Shown here in pieces: positions 12,401 to 25,469 of a stretch of 64,000 bases of DNA. Position 1 is the first letter of the stretch, and each line of letters begins with the position of its first letter. Both the position numbers and the translations under genes were made by a program. The notes below the pieces were generated by a model, which searched no databases, was not told where the DNA came from, and worked only from the letters and a program-made list of their open reading frames with translations. This stretch comes from Lama guanicoe (Eukaryota), in NCBI GenBank assembly GCA_013239625.1, contig MU054391.1, forward strand, positions 5,229,824 through 5,293,823, read 5' to 3'.

Positions 12401-12919
12401 TTATTAACTAGGACACAAAAACAGGCTGAAGACGAACCAGCCTGCCTCCTAGAGACTCACGCCCCAAGAGACTTCCTCTGGTGCTCCGACTGACCGCTGG
12501 GGTTTGAGAAGCACGTGGAGGTGGGGGGGCTCACCCACCACTGAGTTGCTGGTAGAATGTTGCTGGGGCTTCACCTCTTTCTCCCATCTTCTTAAAAAAA
12601 AACAAAAGATTTACCTTGCTGAGCATTAAGGCAGGATATGCTACTACACATGGAAATGGAATTCCGAAGTGAGCTAGAGGAAGGGAGAGGTTGAAATCCC
12701 TCAAGTTCAGAGACGGGAGTGAGTGGAGTCAGAAACGTTACCCAGCACTAGGTGGCCGGTGGGCCCCCAAAGCAGGCATCTGCCATTGAAAACGAACCCT
12801 TGGAAGAGCCAAATAACAACTGAACAAAAAAGTCCTCCTGGAGATTCGGTTAGATCACAAGACAGACTTTTGGGAACTACAATGAAATACTTTTCAAATT
12901 TAGAAATTCAAATCTGAGG

Positions 12920-13925
12920 AAAACAAAAACGCTACTTTGAAAAGATAGATGCACCCCATGTTCACAGTAGCGTTATTTACAACAGCCAAGGTGTGGAAGC
13001 AACCTAAGTGCCCACTGAGAGATGAATGGATAAAAAGATGTGGTGTATATGTAACAGAATGTTAGCCATAAAGAAGAACGAAATCATGCAACTTGCCCAT
13101 TTGCGACAACATGGATGGGCCTAGGGTATTAAGTTAAGTGAAATAAATCAGACAGAGAAAGACAAATACTGTATGTCTTCACTTATATGTGGAATCTAAA
13201 AAACAAAACAAATGAACAAATACAACGAAACAGAAATAAGGTCATAGATACAGAAAACAAATAGGCCAGAGGGGAGAAGATTTGGGGCAGGAGAGGAATA
13301 GGAGGGGGTTAAGAGGTACAAACTTCCAGTTACAAAATAATTGAGTCACAGATATGAAATGTGCAATGTGGGGAATACAGTCAGTAATTATGTAATATCT
13401 TTGTAAAGCGACAGGTGGTAATTAGACTTACCATCGTGATCATTTTGAAATATACAGAAATATTGAATCACTAGTCTGTGTACCAAGAATTAACATAGGG
13501 TTGTAGGTCAATTATACTTCAAACAAACAACAAACAAACACACACACACAAAGAAAAAGAGATCAGATTTGTGGCTACCAGAGGTAGCGGGTATGTGTGG
13601 TGGTCGTGGCCGGGGGAACTGGATGAAGACAGTCAAAAGATACAAACTCCCAGTTGTAACTAAGTACCGGAAAAGTAACGTACAATGCGATCAAGATAAT
13701 TAACACTGCGGTGCGTTATAAATGAAAACTGTGAAGAAAGTAAATCCTAACAGCTCTCATCCAAGAAAAATTTTTTTTCTATTTACTTAATGTTGTATCT
13801 GTGTGAGATAAATGTTCACTCAGCCTAGTGTGGACATCATTTCATGATGTATGGAAGTCAAATCATTACGTTGTACACTGTGAACTTGTATAGGTCTGTA
13901 TGTCAACTATACTTCAATAAAACTA
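12920..13925 (+). mobile_element. LINE-1 3' end (L1MA9-like)
   Basis: atgttcacagtagcgttatttacaacagccaaggtgtggaagcaacctaagtg...gacaaatactgtatg...ending cttcaataaaact. Confidence 0.9.
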
Positions 13926-14039
13926 GGGGGGGATTCAATAGTCAAAGTGAGAAAAGGAGTGTTCGCTGTAGCCTGGATCATGGTCTGGTTGATAAGGTGG
14001 AAGACAGGCTTCTCTAACTACTGAGCAAAAATAGAGTTG

Positions 14040-14890
14040 AAAATTATGATGGAAAACATAAGGTGCTTGGAAGAGAGATTTAGGAGACTTTAACAGAGAA
14101 AAATATGAACCCTAGGATATGAAAAATATGACAGATGAAGAAAAATGGTAATAAAAGAATAGAAAAAATGTTCAATGAGGAGAGAGAAATCTACAGATTG
14201 AGAGTCCCTCAAATCAAGCAAGACTGAAGAGAAGAGAGCCACATCTGAGCATACGCTCATAAAATTTCTATATTCCAAAACAACAAGAATTCTCCCAAGA
14301 GATAGTTTAAACTAAGGGATGCCTGGAGATCTGGCTTTTCATTCAAATAGTCACAGACGGAACACTTAGGAATGCACTGCTCTTGTTTGTACCTGTCGTT
14401 TGCCCTTGCGGCAACAGGCAGATTTCCAGAAGAGTCCAAACGGGTCAGAAAGGTATTTTGAAAACCTAAGAAAGGCCAAAGTGGGCTTCTCATGCCTGGT
14501 GGGCTGTCACTCTGTGAGGGGATTGAAGATTCAGGGGGTCCAGGATGCTAGGTGCCCCCCACCGGGATGATGCTGCTCCCTGTGAGCCATCATCTCCTCC
14601 CTGTGGAACCATCTCTGCAGAAGAGTTTTCACATCCTTTGCAATTAAAGAAACCTCATCTCCCTTAATGGTGGCCATGGGAATTTTCCAAACATCGATCA
14701 TCATCCTAACATGATGTACCCATTGATAAAGCCTTGCAGGCTTCCATCTGGAAGGAACAGGTTCCTCACAAAGGAAGTAGAATCAGACTGGCATCAGATT
14801 CTTCTCCGGAAGCTAGACAATATGGTAGAATCTATACACCACTGAGGAAAAAATAACATGACACCAAGAATCCTACATGCATCCAGGATA
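14040..14890 (+). mobile_element. HAL1/L1 ORF1-like ancient fragments, split by an intervening segment
   Basis: Purine-rich ORF1-like text at 14040-14290 and aaaggaagtagaatcagactggcatcagattcttctc...ccaagaatcctaca at 14750-14890. Confidence 0.5.
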
Positions 14891-15139
14891 AGCAAGAAAG
14901 ATATTATGGATAAGTGAGAATTAGAATTAGCGCCACATTGGTGACGATCTTAGCAGCAGAAAGCAGAGTCTCCAGCTTGTTTAAGCAGAAAGGGATATAA
15001 ATCATTGAAAAAACCACTGGAAGAGCTGAAGAAACAGATTATAGGGTTAGCTTCTAGAATATTCTCAGATCCTCACTGCAAAATAGGCCTGCTAAGGTTG
15101 TGGGCATTTTGAGGGGGGTAGCTTATTCAGCCTACCTCA

Positions 15140-15800
15140 ACAAGTGTATTTTATAGTCTGTGTCCGATGACTTCAAGACCTAAAAGCATTTGAAAGTCTG
15201 TTTCTGTGTCCATTTTTTCAGATGGTCCTCTCACATGTTGCTGGCTTCATGACGTGCTTGGTATGTTTGACTGTGTGCAGCACCTTAGACCCGAAATTAA
15301 TTTTTAAGAAAAATTTAACAACTGTAATGAAGGTGCTTTGCCTAGAGAGGATTTGTGTTGGCTTTTTCTGGACATCTGTAGGCATGACCAATGTGGGACC
15401 ATTTTAAACCCAGGCTGTGGCTTAGGGATTTCTTGATGAAGCTGGCCATGCAAATCTGGCCACCCAATCCTGTTATGGCTGGTTGACTTTTGGCTCAGTC
15501 TTACCATGAAGGTGAAGCTCACTGGGGCCCCAGCTCATGTTGGGAAGATCTCTTGGAATCGCCACCTTGTGCAGACCTGGGTTTGATTTCTCTCTATTAT
15601 TCCACAAAGCCAAGAAAAATAGATAAATAAAAACATTCAAGGTTTTCAATCAGTTTCTGGATTTCCATTTTCTCTCCAATTTTGGCCTGATTACTATCTT
15701 TTCAGATCTCTGGTGCCTTTAGAAGGATTTTCAATAATCATGTATCTAGCCTTGTTGGTTGTTTTTAAATTGGGAGTTTGGGGGCCTGAAAAATAGCCCA
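15140..15800 (-). mobile_element. Ancient L1 5'-region fragment
   Basis: ttttatagtctgtgtccgatgacttc...tgtttgactgtgtgc...tcagatctctggtgcctttagaagg resembles an antisense old L1M 5' region. Confidence 0.35.
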
Positions 15801-16119
15801 GCATAACTGGAAAATGGAAGGCAAGTCTCCCCACCACAGTAGTAAGTGCACTGCACGCTTACAGCACGCCAATCGCTGTCCTAATTGTGTTACAGCCATT
15901 ATCCATTTGGTAAAACAATGGAAGGGCTGGACCCTTAGGTATGCAAGTTCTCAATCCCAGGACATTTCAAGCAGAGATGATGAGAGCTGAGAAGTACGTC
16001 GTACTTGCAGTAGAAGCAGCCCATCAAAATAGATGCTTTAAAATGACAATGAGTCAATGAAAATATCCTTGTAAATATTTCTAAAGAAAGAGTCTCACGT
16101 CCTTCACATATTTTTTTAA

Positions 16120-16480
16120 TCATTTATTATTTTGTTGACATCTTCTTGAGCACAAATTGTCTACCAGTTACTCTGCAGGGGACTCAAAATACAAAGATGA
16201 ATGGAGACAGCCGCTGACCTTAAGGAAATCACAACAGACTCCAAAACAGGACCATATTATTATACCATGTGGCGAGTGCAGTGATAAAAACAAGCACACA
16301 GGAGGGGCTGCCTTCCCTGGGCTAAGGGATCCGTGAAGGCTTCTTGAAGAAAGTAATGCCTGAACTGAATCTTAAATCATGGTAAGACTTATCCAGGCAG
16401 TATTGGGATGAAGGGACGGGTTATCAGGCAGAGGGAACATCATAAGCAAAGGCCAAGGGTTGAGTAACAACATGGTAAGT
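16120..16480 (-). mobile_element. L2 LINE 3' fragment
   Basis: ttgagcac...atacaaagatgaatggagacagccgctgaccttaaggaaatcaca...gaaggcttcttgaagaaagtaatgcctgaactg. Confidence 0.75.
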
Positions 16481-17984
16481 GCACCTGCAGGTCAGGAGCT
16501 CAGTTAGGTGGCCGCTGCAGCCTGTCCTGCCTCTAGATCTGGCCAAGCAGGGCCCCTAACTCAGTTCCTGAGCGTCTGGGGGCCCCATGTTTTAAGGGCC
16601 TTCCTCCAAGTTTTCTACATCCCCCTCCAGTGCTGGGGACTGACTGGGATCTGCAGAGCTATCTGACAGGGGTGCCCTAAGTCTGGACCAGGAATTGTGT
16701 AGGCCCCGGTCCCCATTTCTCCTCTTTGTGGTGCTCGCCAACCCTCTAGCATGCATGTGGGGTTGACCAGATGTCCTCTGGAGCCCTGAGACTCACGTCA
16801 ATGGTGTCATCTTCCAGGGCCCAGGCACTAGGACAATGGCCCAGCAAACAGACTGTCCCAGCTAGCCAGACAAGTATTGCTTTCATGGGAGCCTGAGACT
16901 GGGCCACCAGCACGGTACTGACATGCTGATTTGCATTGGTTCTCACTCACATTGCACACAAGACAAGTTCAGGGCTCTGGGCTACCGAGAGCCCATGGTT
17001 GATTCTTGGACTTGATCCACACCTGGGTCCTCATGGATTGGCTCCTGCTCTTCTAGGTCCCAACCATGGTGCTGCTTCTGGTCTACAGCACCAAGGATGG
17101 CAGGGAGGTGGCAGCATCCTTCATCTGTGCACCCGCTGCTGCTGGCCACTCAGGGTGGCTGCCCCACCTTCCACAGCATCTATGCCACGTACAGGCAGTC
17201 CTCTGGGGGTCACAGCACCTCTTTCCTCCAAGGGCTTTGAGCCCTCTGCTCCACCATGTCAGCAGCAACACGCCTATGTCCTCTTTGGCCTCCAGTCTCA
17301 GAATGATGTCCTTTCTTGCCTCCGACCATGTGGTGGTGTTTTGTGTCTACAGGTTGGTCTTGAGCCACACCAGATGACGGATGGACATCCTTCAGGTCAA
17401 TGTCCCTTGCCTATCCTCCCCACTAGTGGCAGTTTGTGGAAGGCAGGAGTGAGGTCAGCACTGAAAGATACCACATCCTAGGAAAGCAGCACTTGCGGAC
17501 TAAGGAGATCAAGAGAAGACATGGCTGAAGGCACGACTGCAGAGCCGATGCATCGCTCAACATTTACACCCTAACATCTCAAGTGGTAGCTTTAAGATGA
17601 CCGGAAAACATTTTCCTGACACTGTGTGAGGCTTGCATTTGCGGTCATCACAAATGACACACAGTAACGGCTTTTAAGGGGGTCACTGGAAGCCAATATT
17701 AACCGGGGCCGTAAGGGAGGAGGAAGCATCATGAACAGTCATGTAACCAGCACTAAACAAATGATATCAGGGAACTCCAGGGGCAAGTTTAAACACCAGT
17801 AGGATCGGAAAGCCATGGCCCTGCCAGCAAGAGCAGTGTTGCTGCTTTTTCTTTACGGCAGGAAGTGTGAAACTAGCAGAAAAGGTACATTTCACAGAAA
17901 AAAACATGAAGAGAGACATGGCCCCTGGGCCTGTGCAGGAAGAGGTGGTACGCAGACTCCCCTCAGACACTCGCCAGGTCATTA

Positions 17985-18560
17985 ACAAAACACAAGCACC
18001 ACTTTCCTACCGACAATGCTGAGCCTTGTTGGCAGGCCACTAAACATTGGTCCAGGAGTTGTGTAATACACTGTTAATCAAACTGTGTATGAACAGGGCC
18101 CTGACAAAACATATTTGCCCACATCCCTGTAAACCCGGGAGCAGCCCTGGCTGCAGCAGTGCAGGCAGAAGGCAGGGAAAGCCTGGCCTGAGGAGCAGGC
18201 AGTGGGGACGGGGAGGAGAGAGACGGGCTGGACTATGCAGGGTGTCAAACCAGATGGACATGGTGGTCAGCCTGCTGTGTGTCAGAGGGAGGCGATGCTG
18301 GAGAGCAGGAGGGGAAGGTGGTGGGTGGCGGCAGTTACCAAGTGACAAGATGAACACAGAAAAAGAGCAAATCTGAGATCTAGATGGTTCGGTGTCGTGT
18401 GAATGAAACGTAAGGTGTCCATGGGATTTCCAGGGGATGCCCAGCAAAAAACTGGCTGTGTGATGTGAAGCCTCAGTATAGAGACTGAGACAGAGGTGGG
18501 CCATCAGTGTTCAGGTGGTGGTGGAAACTTGGAGAGAATATGAGATTCTTCCAGGAAAGA
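17985..18560 (-). mobile_element. L2 LINE fragment
   Basis: gagcaaatctgagatctagatggttcgg...ctcagtatagagactgagacagaggtgggccatcag, antisense L2 pattern. Confidence 0.6.
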
Positions 18561-18605
18561 GTGCACAGTAAAGACACCAGCAGCTCAGATAAAAATACAC
18601 TGAAT

Positions 18606-19147
18606 TTACAAACAGCCAAGACATGGAAGCAACCTAAATGTCCATCAACAGATGACTGGATAAAGAAGTGGTGGTATATTTACACAAGGGAATAATACTC
18701 AGCCATAAAAAATAATAAAATAATGCCATTTGCAGCCACATGGATGGACCTGGAGGTTGTCATTCTAAATGAAGTAAGCCAGAAAGAGAAAGAAAAATAC
18801 CATATGATATCACTTATATGTAGAATCTTAAAAAAAGACAAATTTATTTATAAAACAGAAATAGACTCACAGACATAGAACACAAACTTATGGTTACCAG
18901 TGGGGAAGGGGATTGGAAGGGATAAATTGGAGTTTGAGATTTGCAGATATTAACTATTATATATAAAATACATAAACAAGTTCATATGTATAGCACAGGG
19001 AATTATATCCAATATCTTGTAGTAACTTCTAATGAAAAAGAATATGAAAAAGAGTATATGTATGTACACGCATGACTGAACTATTATGCTGCACACCAGA
19101 AACTGACCCAACATTGTAAACTGACTATACTTCAATTAAAAAAAAAG
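18606..19147 (+). mobile_element. Relatively young LINE-1 3' end with A tail
   Basis: ttacaaacagccaagacatggaagcaacctaaatgtccatcaacagatgactggataaagaag...gactatacttcaattaaaaaaaaa; approximate flanking repeat aaaaa(t/c)acact. Confidence 0.92.
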
Positions 19148-20399
19148 ACTCAAAACAAAAACACACTAAGATTTACTGACCACAGCTATAAGTCTGTTCT
19201 ATTCCTCCTCCTGACCAGCATGAGATCCCAGACTAAGAGTGGGCAATGATTATGAAACTATAGCCACTGCATTATGTAACCTCAGTCCAGGGATTTGTTC
19301 GCTAAGGGACTGACTGTACTTCTCAGAAGTAAGAGCTAATCATGGTAACATGACTTCACAGATTTCATTAAATATGTTGAGGGTAAAAACTCAGAACTAA
19401 ATCAAACCAAGATATGAAAAGACAAACAAAATTAAGTTCAATATTGTGTTCAAGTGTTTTGTCCCCTAGGATGTCAGGTGCTGTTAAAAAGTGCTTTCTT
19501 CTAGATAATGATGCTTTTGGAAGGAGGTGCACATGTCTGCGCCACCCCGCCCCCAACCACTTCTTATTTTTCTTAACAATTGGGTTGTCTAGCGAGGGAA
19601 TATAATTTTAGTTCTATTTTTAGCTATGTTACCGTATATCCATGTTAAAAAGCTCCAGATGCTCTAGGTAAAAATAACAAACCAAGGTTAAATAAAACTG
19701 AGCTCACAGCTGTCGACAGACTTACATCAGGAGCACACAGTTACTGTTGGCTATTGCTGAGGGTTAACCATCCATGTTAGTAAATCCCACAGCCTTTAAC
19801 TCCTGGTAGGATGGAAGGGAGTACAAATAAGTGTAAATTAAAATGTGAACAATTTATCCAGAAGATTTTCTTTTCAACCCACTGACCTTAGATTTTAGCC
19901 ACAAAGTCTACATAAATCTTAGCTACATTATCTAATCAGCTAATCATACTGCAGAGAAGAAATGTTTCTTCAGTGACTTTTACTGTTGTCTCAGGACAGT
20001 AAGATATACAACAAAGAAAGCTGAGCAGGAAATCAGAGCTCTCAGACTGTTCTCTTTTCAGAACAACATGAGTAAATTTTTGAGGTAATACTTGTAATCT
20101 CGCCATCCTAACATAAAAATTATTTCGATTTTTACACATCTTCCATTCTTGGGCCAAGTATGAATACTTCCATGTTGTTGCAGTCACATAAACTTTTGCT
20201 TTAAAATTTTTATACCATAAAATATTGTGATGTTTATACTTACTCTTGAAAATGATCATTTTTTTTTCAAAGTCTTCATGATAGCTAACCATAATTTTTC
20301 ATTCATTCTCTTGTGGTTGGATATCTTAGTTACATATAGCTTTTGCTTTACTAGAAAACATGACAGTGAGCAAACATCAATATTTTTCTTTCTACTTAG

Positions 20400-20580
20400 G
20401 CTGCACAACAGTACTAGCTGAAAGTTCCAGTTTCATAACATTTTTACCAACATAGAGCATTATTACTTTTCAGATAATTTGATAATTTAGCATAAAAGTT
20501 CCCTGGTGTTTACTTTAATTGAATTCCTTTGGTTATTAGGGAGAAAACATTTTTGTATGGATTTATTTACCATTATTAGA
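20400..20580 (-). mobile_element. Ancient L1ME fragment
   Basis: aaagttccagtttcataacatttttaccaaca...ctttaattgaattcctttggttattagggag. Confidence 0.5.
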
Positions 20581-20849
20581 GTGTTAAAAATAAAACAAAA
20601 AGGAGTGAAATAAATAATTGAGTAATTCAGGGAAACTAACCAGAGTCTGCCTACTGACTGGAGGAGCTTTGATTTTGTCCCCGTGTGTCAATTTCATTAC
20701 TAATTGAACAATTAGAAATCTCTATGTTATGATGGGTTTTCTCCCCTTCTCTACCCTTATTCTGCTGAAACAGAGGTATTATGTTCTGTTTGTGCGCTCA
20801 GTGAAGTCCGTAAGGTAGAATACAGCGACCTCCAGGAAGTCCACCCTTT

Positions 20850-20975
20850 ATGCTTTTTGTAGTACTGCCCTACAGAAAAGGTAACGGAGGCAAATTACTC
20901 ACTCAGGATCCTACAGGTCGTGATTTGGCTGAGCGAGGGTTTGAAGCCAGATACATCCCTCCAAAGTTCATGCTT
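20850..20975 (-). mobile_element. MIR SINE fragment
   Basis: cagaaaaggtaacggaggc...gggtttgaagccagatac...ccaaagttcatgctttc. Confidence 0.6.
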
Positions 20976-21789
20976 TCTCCAAAATGATGCCTACCCTAGC
21001 TGATCACAAAATTAACCTACCCCACATAATTCTAACGAACAGCTTTTAGTCAACCCTCTTTGCAAACAGAAAGCTGCATACATATTCTTGGTCGCATTCA
21101 TGTATTTTCTGATAATGAGTTTAGTAGGACACAAGGCCTTCCCCACGTCCATCTCAGATAGCGTGATTCCATAAAAAACGAGGTTATGTAAGAAGGCCCT
21201 GTCTTCACTGCCGCCCAGGAACCACATGTAATTATCTCTTGCTGACTGATTTAATTAAGATTCAAGAACCACTGATTCATATCCAAAAATGCATTCACTG
21301 TGATAAAATCTACTGGACAGAAGTCCATTGATGTGCTAATTAATAAGACAGACGACTCTCAGTTGCTTCATCTTTGAATACTTTTCTAAAAATTCTGTTT
21401 AGGAGCTAATGTATTAAATTTTTTTTCTTTATGCCACTTAATGAGATCATGGTTACTACATGATTCAAAGGAGTCATGCTAAACAATGCTGTTCTCTTTA
21501 ATACCCATCCAGTCATTTGATAGATATTAATGGTTGCGTATCTCTGGCCAAAGGCAGGGTGTCGGCCTGTTTTGGGTATTGGATGGAACCAACAACTCTG
21601 GACAATTTTATAACCTGGCGACTGGAATATTTGTGACTTACTTTCATTTTTAGTGAGGGGTAGTTACACCCAGATACGTGAGATCCCAAAGTGCACTCAT
21701 AGGAATTGTGACAGGGTGGGCGGGGAAGTGGTATTAAGATGCTTGATCTCTTGCAAAAAATACAGAGTGAAGACCATCTATGCTTTCCT

Positions 21790-22480
21790 GAAATCAATCC
21801 AGTTTGCCTGTGATAGATTCTCTTTTTGACATTAAAAAAAAAATTGTATTTGGGTTGCTAATATTTTGTTTAGGATTTTTGCATTTATCTCCTTGAATGA
21901 AATGGGCCTATAATTTTCCTTTTTGTAATATTCTTACCAAATTTTGGAATAAAGACTTCTCTGGCCTCGTAAAACTCTTAAGAAATCTTTCCTCTTTTTC
22001 GGTTTTTGGAAGAGATGTGCAAAATTGTTACGTCTTCCTTAAATGTTTGATGCATATCACCTGAGAAGCCATTTGGGTCTGGAGTATCCTTTGTTGAAAG
22101 TTTTTAAATGAAGTGTCCAATTATTCAGATTTTTCTCTTTATTCTTGTGTCAGTTTTGGTGAATTATGTGTTTCCAAGAATTTATATATTTCATTGAAAC
22201 TTCCAAACTTATTGACATAAAGTTGTTAATAATGTTCTCAATTTTTCAGTCTATTTGTCTGGTATTAGTATAGCTAAGTTAGCTTTGCTTATTTTATTTT
22301 TGTTTGTTTTGTTTGCATCAAATTATTTTTTCCAAACTTACTTTTCGGCTTTAATATAGCCTTAATTTAACATTTATCTCCTGTAAGCAGTGTATAGTTG
22401 GGTTTTTAAAAACCCATTTTATCAATTTTTAAATTTTGTATAGTTCATTTACATTTAATGTAATTATTGTTATATTTTCA
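21790..22480 (-). mobile_element. Old LINE-1 ORF2 fragments, antisense
   Basis: ttgctaatattttgtttaggatttttgcat...cacctgagaagccatttgggtctggag. Confidence 0.75.
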
Positions 22481-22625
22481 CTCAAATCTATCGTCTCATC
22501 ATCACTTCTTTCTATTTGTCCCACATCTTTTATATTCACTTTTGCCTCTCTTGCCTCCTTTTGAATTAGTTAAATATTTATTATTACATTTTTCACAGTC
22601 TTTTAGCTTGTTGGTTAGAGGTATA

Positions 22626-23500
22626 TGTAGGTTTTGTGGGGACCTAAAGCTTATACAATTTTACTAAGAAAAATAATAAAACAGATATAAAATTAGGAAA
22701 AAGAAGGACATATATTATATATATAATCACAAAAATTTCACATTTTAAAAAGCTGACCAATATCACAAACATCACCAAACCCAGAAAAAAAATTTTTTTG
22801 ACTGCCTAATATACCTCTATAATATTTTCTGCACTTTTCTGTGCTGCTTTTCTATATGACAATAATCTTATAATATCATTTACTATAAAATAGGAGAAAA
22901 TAATTCAGCCTTTCCTCTAACATGGCTGACTGAAATTTTAAATTATCATTCTTTATTCCTGATCATTGGAATGCATAAAACACACGACTTTACACACAAA
23001 TGTATTCACAGGAATTCTAATAAATTCATCAAAAAGAAAAAAAAAGATTTTGATGTGTTTGTAATTGAATATGCTCATAATCAAGTATGTTCTTTTAATA
23101 AAAGGAGAGAACTCTTATTCTGATTAGGCATCAACAGAAAACAAATTGTCTGCTTATGAGTCCACGTCTGACAATTGGAAACATATTCCAAGGACAAGCT
23201 GGTTTTGTATATTTCAAACCTTATTCATCAATGGCTACGCACATACTTCCAGTGCTGTGCACAGGGAGGGGACACATTCTTATAACAAAACCATCTGAGT
23301 TCCGTACCTTTGGGTCATGATGCCACGTAGGTGGATGGCAGGATTATTCCGGGAAGTCATTCTTACACTAAAACAGCTAGAACTGTCTCAGCTATACACA
23401 AATGTGACTGCAAATCCCCAAGCACATTTCAACAAAAAGAACCAAATTCAATGTCAGCTCGCATGCCCCTTGCCCACGTCCCACGTACACATAGCCGGTG
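22626..23500. mobile_element. Probable hAT-superfamily DNA transposon remnant
   Basis: ggttttgtggggacctaaagcttatacaattt...ttaaaaagctgaccaatatcacaaacatcacc resembles recalled hAT-Tip100-type elements. Confidence 0.45.
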
Positions 23501-23534
23501 CTTCATTTGCAGCACACAGATCCTACAGACGCTA

Positions 23535-24340
23535 CTTTAAATGGTATTACTTGTTTTCAGTTCCAAATTGCTCATCACTGAAATACAGAAATATGATGAG
23601 TTGGCTTTTTATATTGATATTGTATTCTGTGACCTTGAAAAACTCTCTTATTCCAGTAATCTGGGTTAGAGTCTATGGGAATCTCTTCAGTCTTGTCATC
23701 AGTGAGTAGGAACAGATTTGTCTCCTCTTTTCCAATCTGTTCATGTCTTATCTGTGCCTTCCTGCTCTGGCTAGGACCTCCAGGGTGATACTGAATAGAA
23801 GTGGCAGCAGACATCTTTCCTTTTCCTTTCTTTTTTAGTTTTTTTTTAAAAAAACTTTTTTTTTAATTGAAGTATAGTCAGTCATTTACAACATTGTGTT
23901 AATGTCTGGTGTACAGCATAGTGATTCAGTGATACACATATACATACTCCTTTTCATATTCTTTTTCATTGTAGACTATCACAAGGTACTGTGATAGTGC
24001 TCTACAGTAGGACCTTGCTGTTTATCGCTTTCATTTATAGCAGTTTGTATCTGCAAATCCCAAACTCCCAATTTATCCCTCCACTGTGCCACACCATCCT
24101 TCCTTTTTCTTGATCCTAGAAGCAAAGAATTTGACCATTAAGTATGTTGTTAGCTGTGGATTTTTGCAATCTTCTCTATCAGGTTGAGGAATTTCCCTTC
24201 AATTTCTAGCTTGCTGAGATTTTTTGTCATAAATGGATGCTGAATTTTGTCACGTGCTTTTCCTGATTTCATTGGGATAATCGTGGGGCTTCTCTTCTTT
24301 TGCCTGAGGATATGGTGAATTACTGGTTGATTCTCGAGGT
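23535..24340 (-). mobile_element. Old LINE-1 ORF2 fragment, antisense, interrupted by a younger L1 3' end
   Basis: ctggctaggacctccagggtgatactgaatagaagtgg resumes after the insert as cttgatcctagaagcaaag...ttgaggaatttcccttc. Confidence 0.8.
23828..24094 (-). mobile_element. Short younger LINE-1 3' end with TSD
   Basis: T-rich tail followed by ttaattgaagtatagtcagtc; flanked by catctttccttttcct (23812-23827) and catccttcctttttct (24095-24110). Confidence 0.88.
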
Positions 24341-24354
24341 ATAAAATGGTACTC

Positions 24355-24480
24355 ACTGATTCATTTGAAAAGCATTTGTGGGCAGCTTTATTTCCCAGGC
24401 ATCGTGTTGGGTGCTGGAGACACGACTCTGATGGGGCGGTCCCTTCCCTCAGGAAGCTCCAGCATCCACGTCCCCCGGAG
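24355..24480 (-). mobile_element. L2 3' end
   Basis: gattcatttgaaaagcatttgtgggcagc...ccaggcatcgtgttgggtgctggagacac. Confidence 0.6.
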
Positions 24481-25469
24481 CTCACCAGCTTGAAGCCTGC
24501 GCCCCGTACTACCTCTGCTTCGAGGATTGTGCTGCCAGCGTCCCCCTCAAGCAGAATTGTGTGATTCTCCTGAGTTTCTGGGGGAGGATGTGTAAGGCAC
24601 AGCGAATCCCAAGGGCGAAGGGAATCAGGGGATCTTGGCTGGGGGAATGGAGGGCTGGCCCTGAAGCTACAGCTGATAAGTGTTAATTCTGTACGTGGAT
24701 CCTGACCCCGAGAGCCGCAGCCTGATTTTCTCTTCACCTGAGCAGGAGGGCGACTATCAGGCCCTGAAGGACTTTAAAAATTCAAAATAACAACCCCTCC
24801 ATAAGAAAAGGGTCTTATGGGGTTAGAGAAAGAATACTGAGCGATTTCAAAGAGATACCCCTATGTGGCCACACGGCACAGTACACCAGCCCCAGAGCTG
24901 CTGCCCACGACCCTCATCCTGAGGCCTTTTTTTCTCAGAAAAGACAAAAGCTCAGGCTGCTCTGGAGCCCCGGTCTCTCAGCTGCGTTGCTGCAACAGCC
25001 TCGGAGCCAGGTTCCCCGCCTCCCCGTCTTCCTTCCCTCTAACCCACTCTCTCCAGGCCGAGCCAGGGCTTCTTCCTGAACTAGAAAGCGGGGAATGAAA
25101 TTTCTCCACTGAAAATTTTCTATCGGCCTCTCAGAACCTTCAGGATGAGACTCAGACTCCAACACGACCAACACGTCCTGCGCCAGGTCCTGCCCAATGT
25201 CCCGGCTCCTCGTCACCACTCTCGCCTGGCCTCCTGCCGGGGCCACCCAAGCCCGTGCGCCGGTGCCTCGTGACTCTGGGTCCTCAAACAGCATCCCCAC
25301 CTCTGTCTCTCCAGCAACCACAACCAGGGTGGTAGTTCAAAGAAAACCAGCCCTCCCCACGCCTCGCTGCCAAGGAGGCCCACTTGGCTCCTGGATTCGG
25401 ATTCAGGTTTACCCAACATTCATCAAGCACCGAGACTCACACCACAACTCTCCGCACACACCACGTCCA

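Noticed and set aside
16790..16820. LEDDTIDV resembling the SUMO C-terminal region
   Set aside because: The similarity does not extend on either side and there is no QQQTGG motif.
20062..20084. 23-nt plus-strand microexon (ttctcttttcag|AACAACATGAGTAAATTTTTGAG|gtaata)
   Set aside because: Splice-like signals are present, but there are no partner exons or recognisable peptide, and such matches are expected by chance in 64 kb.
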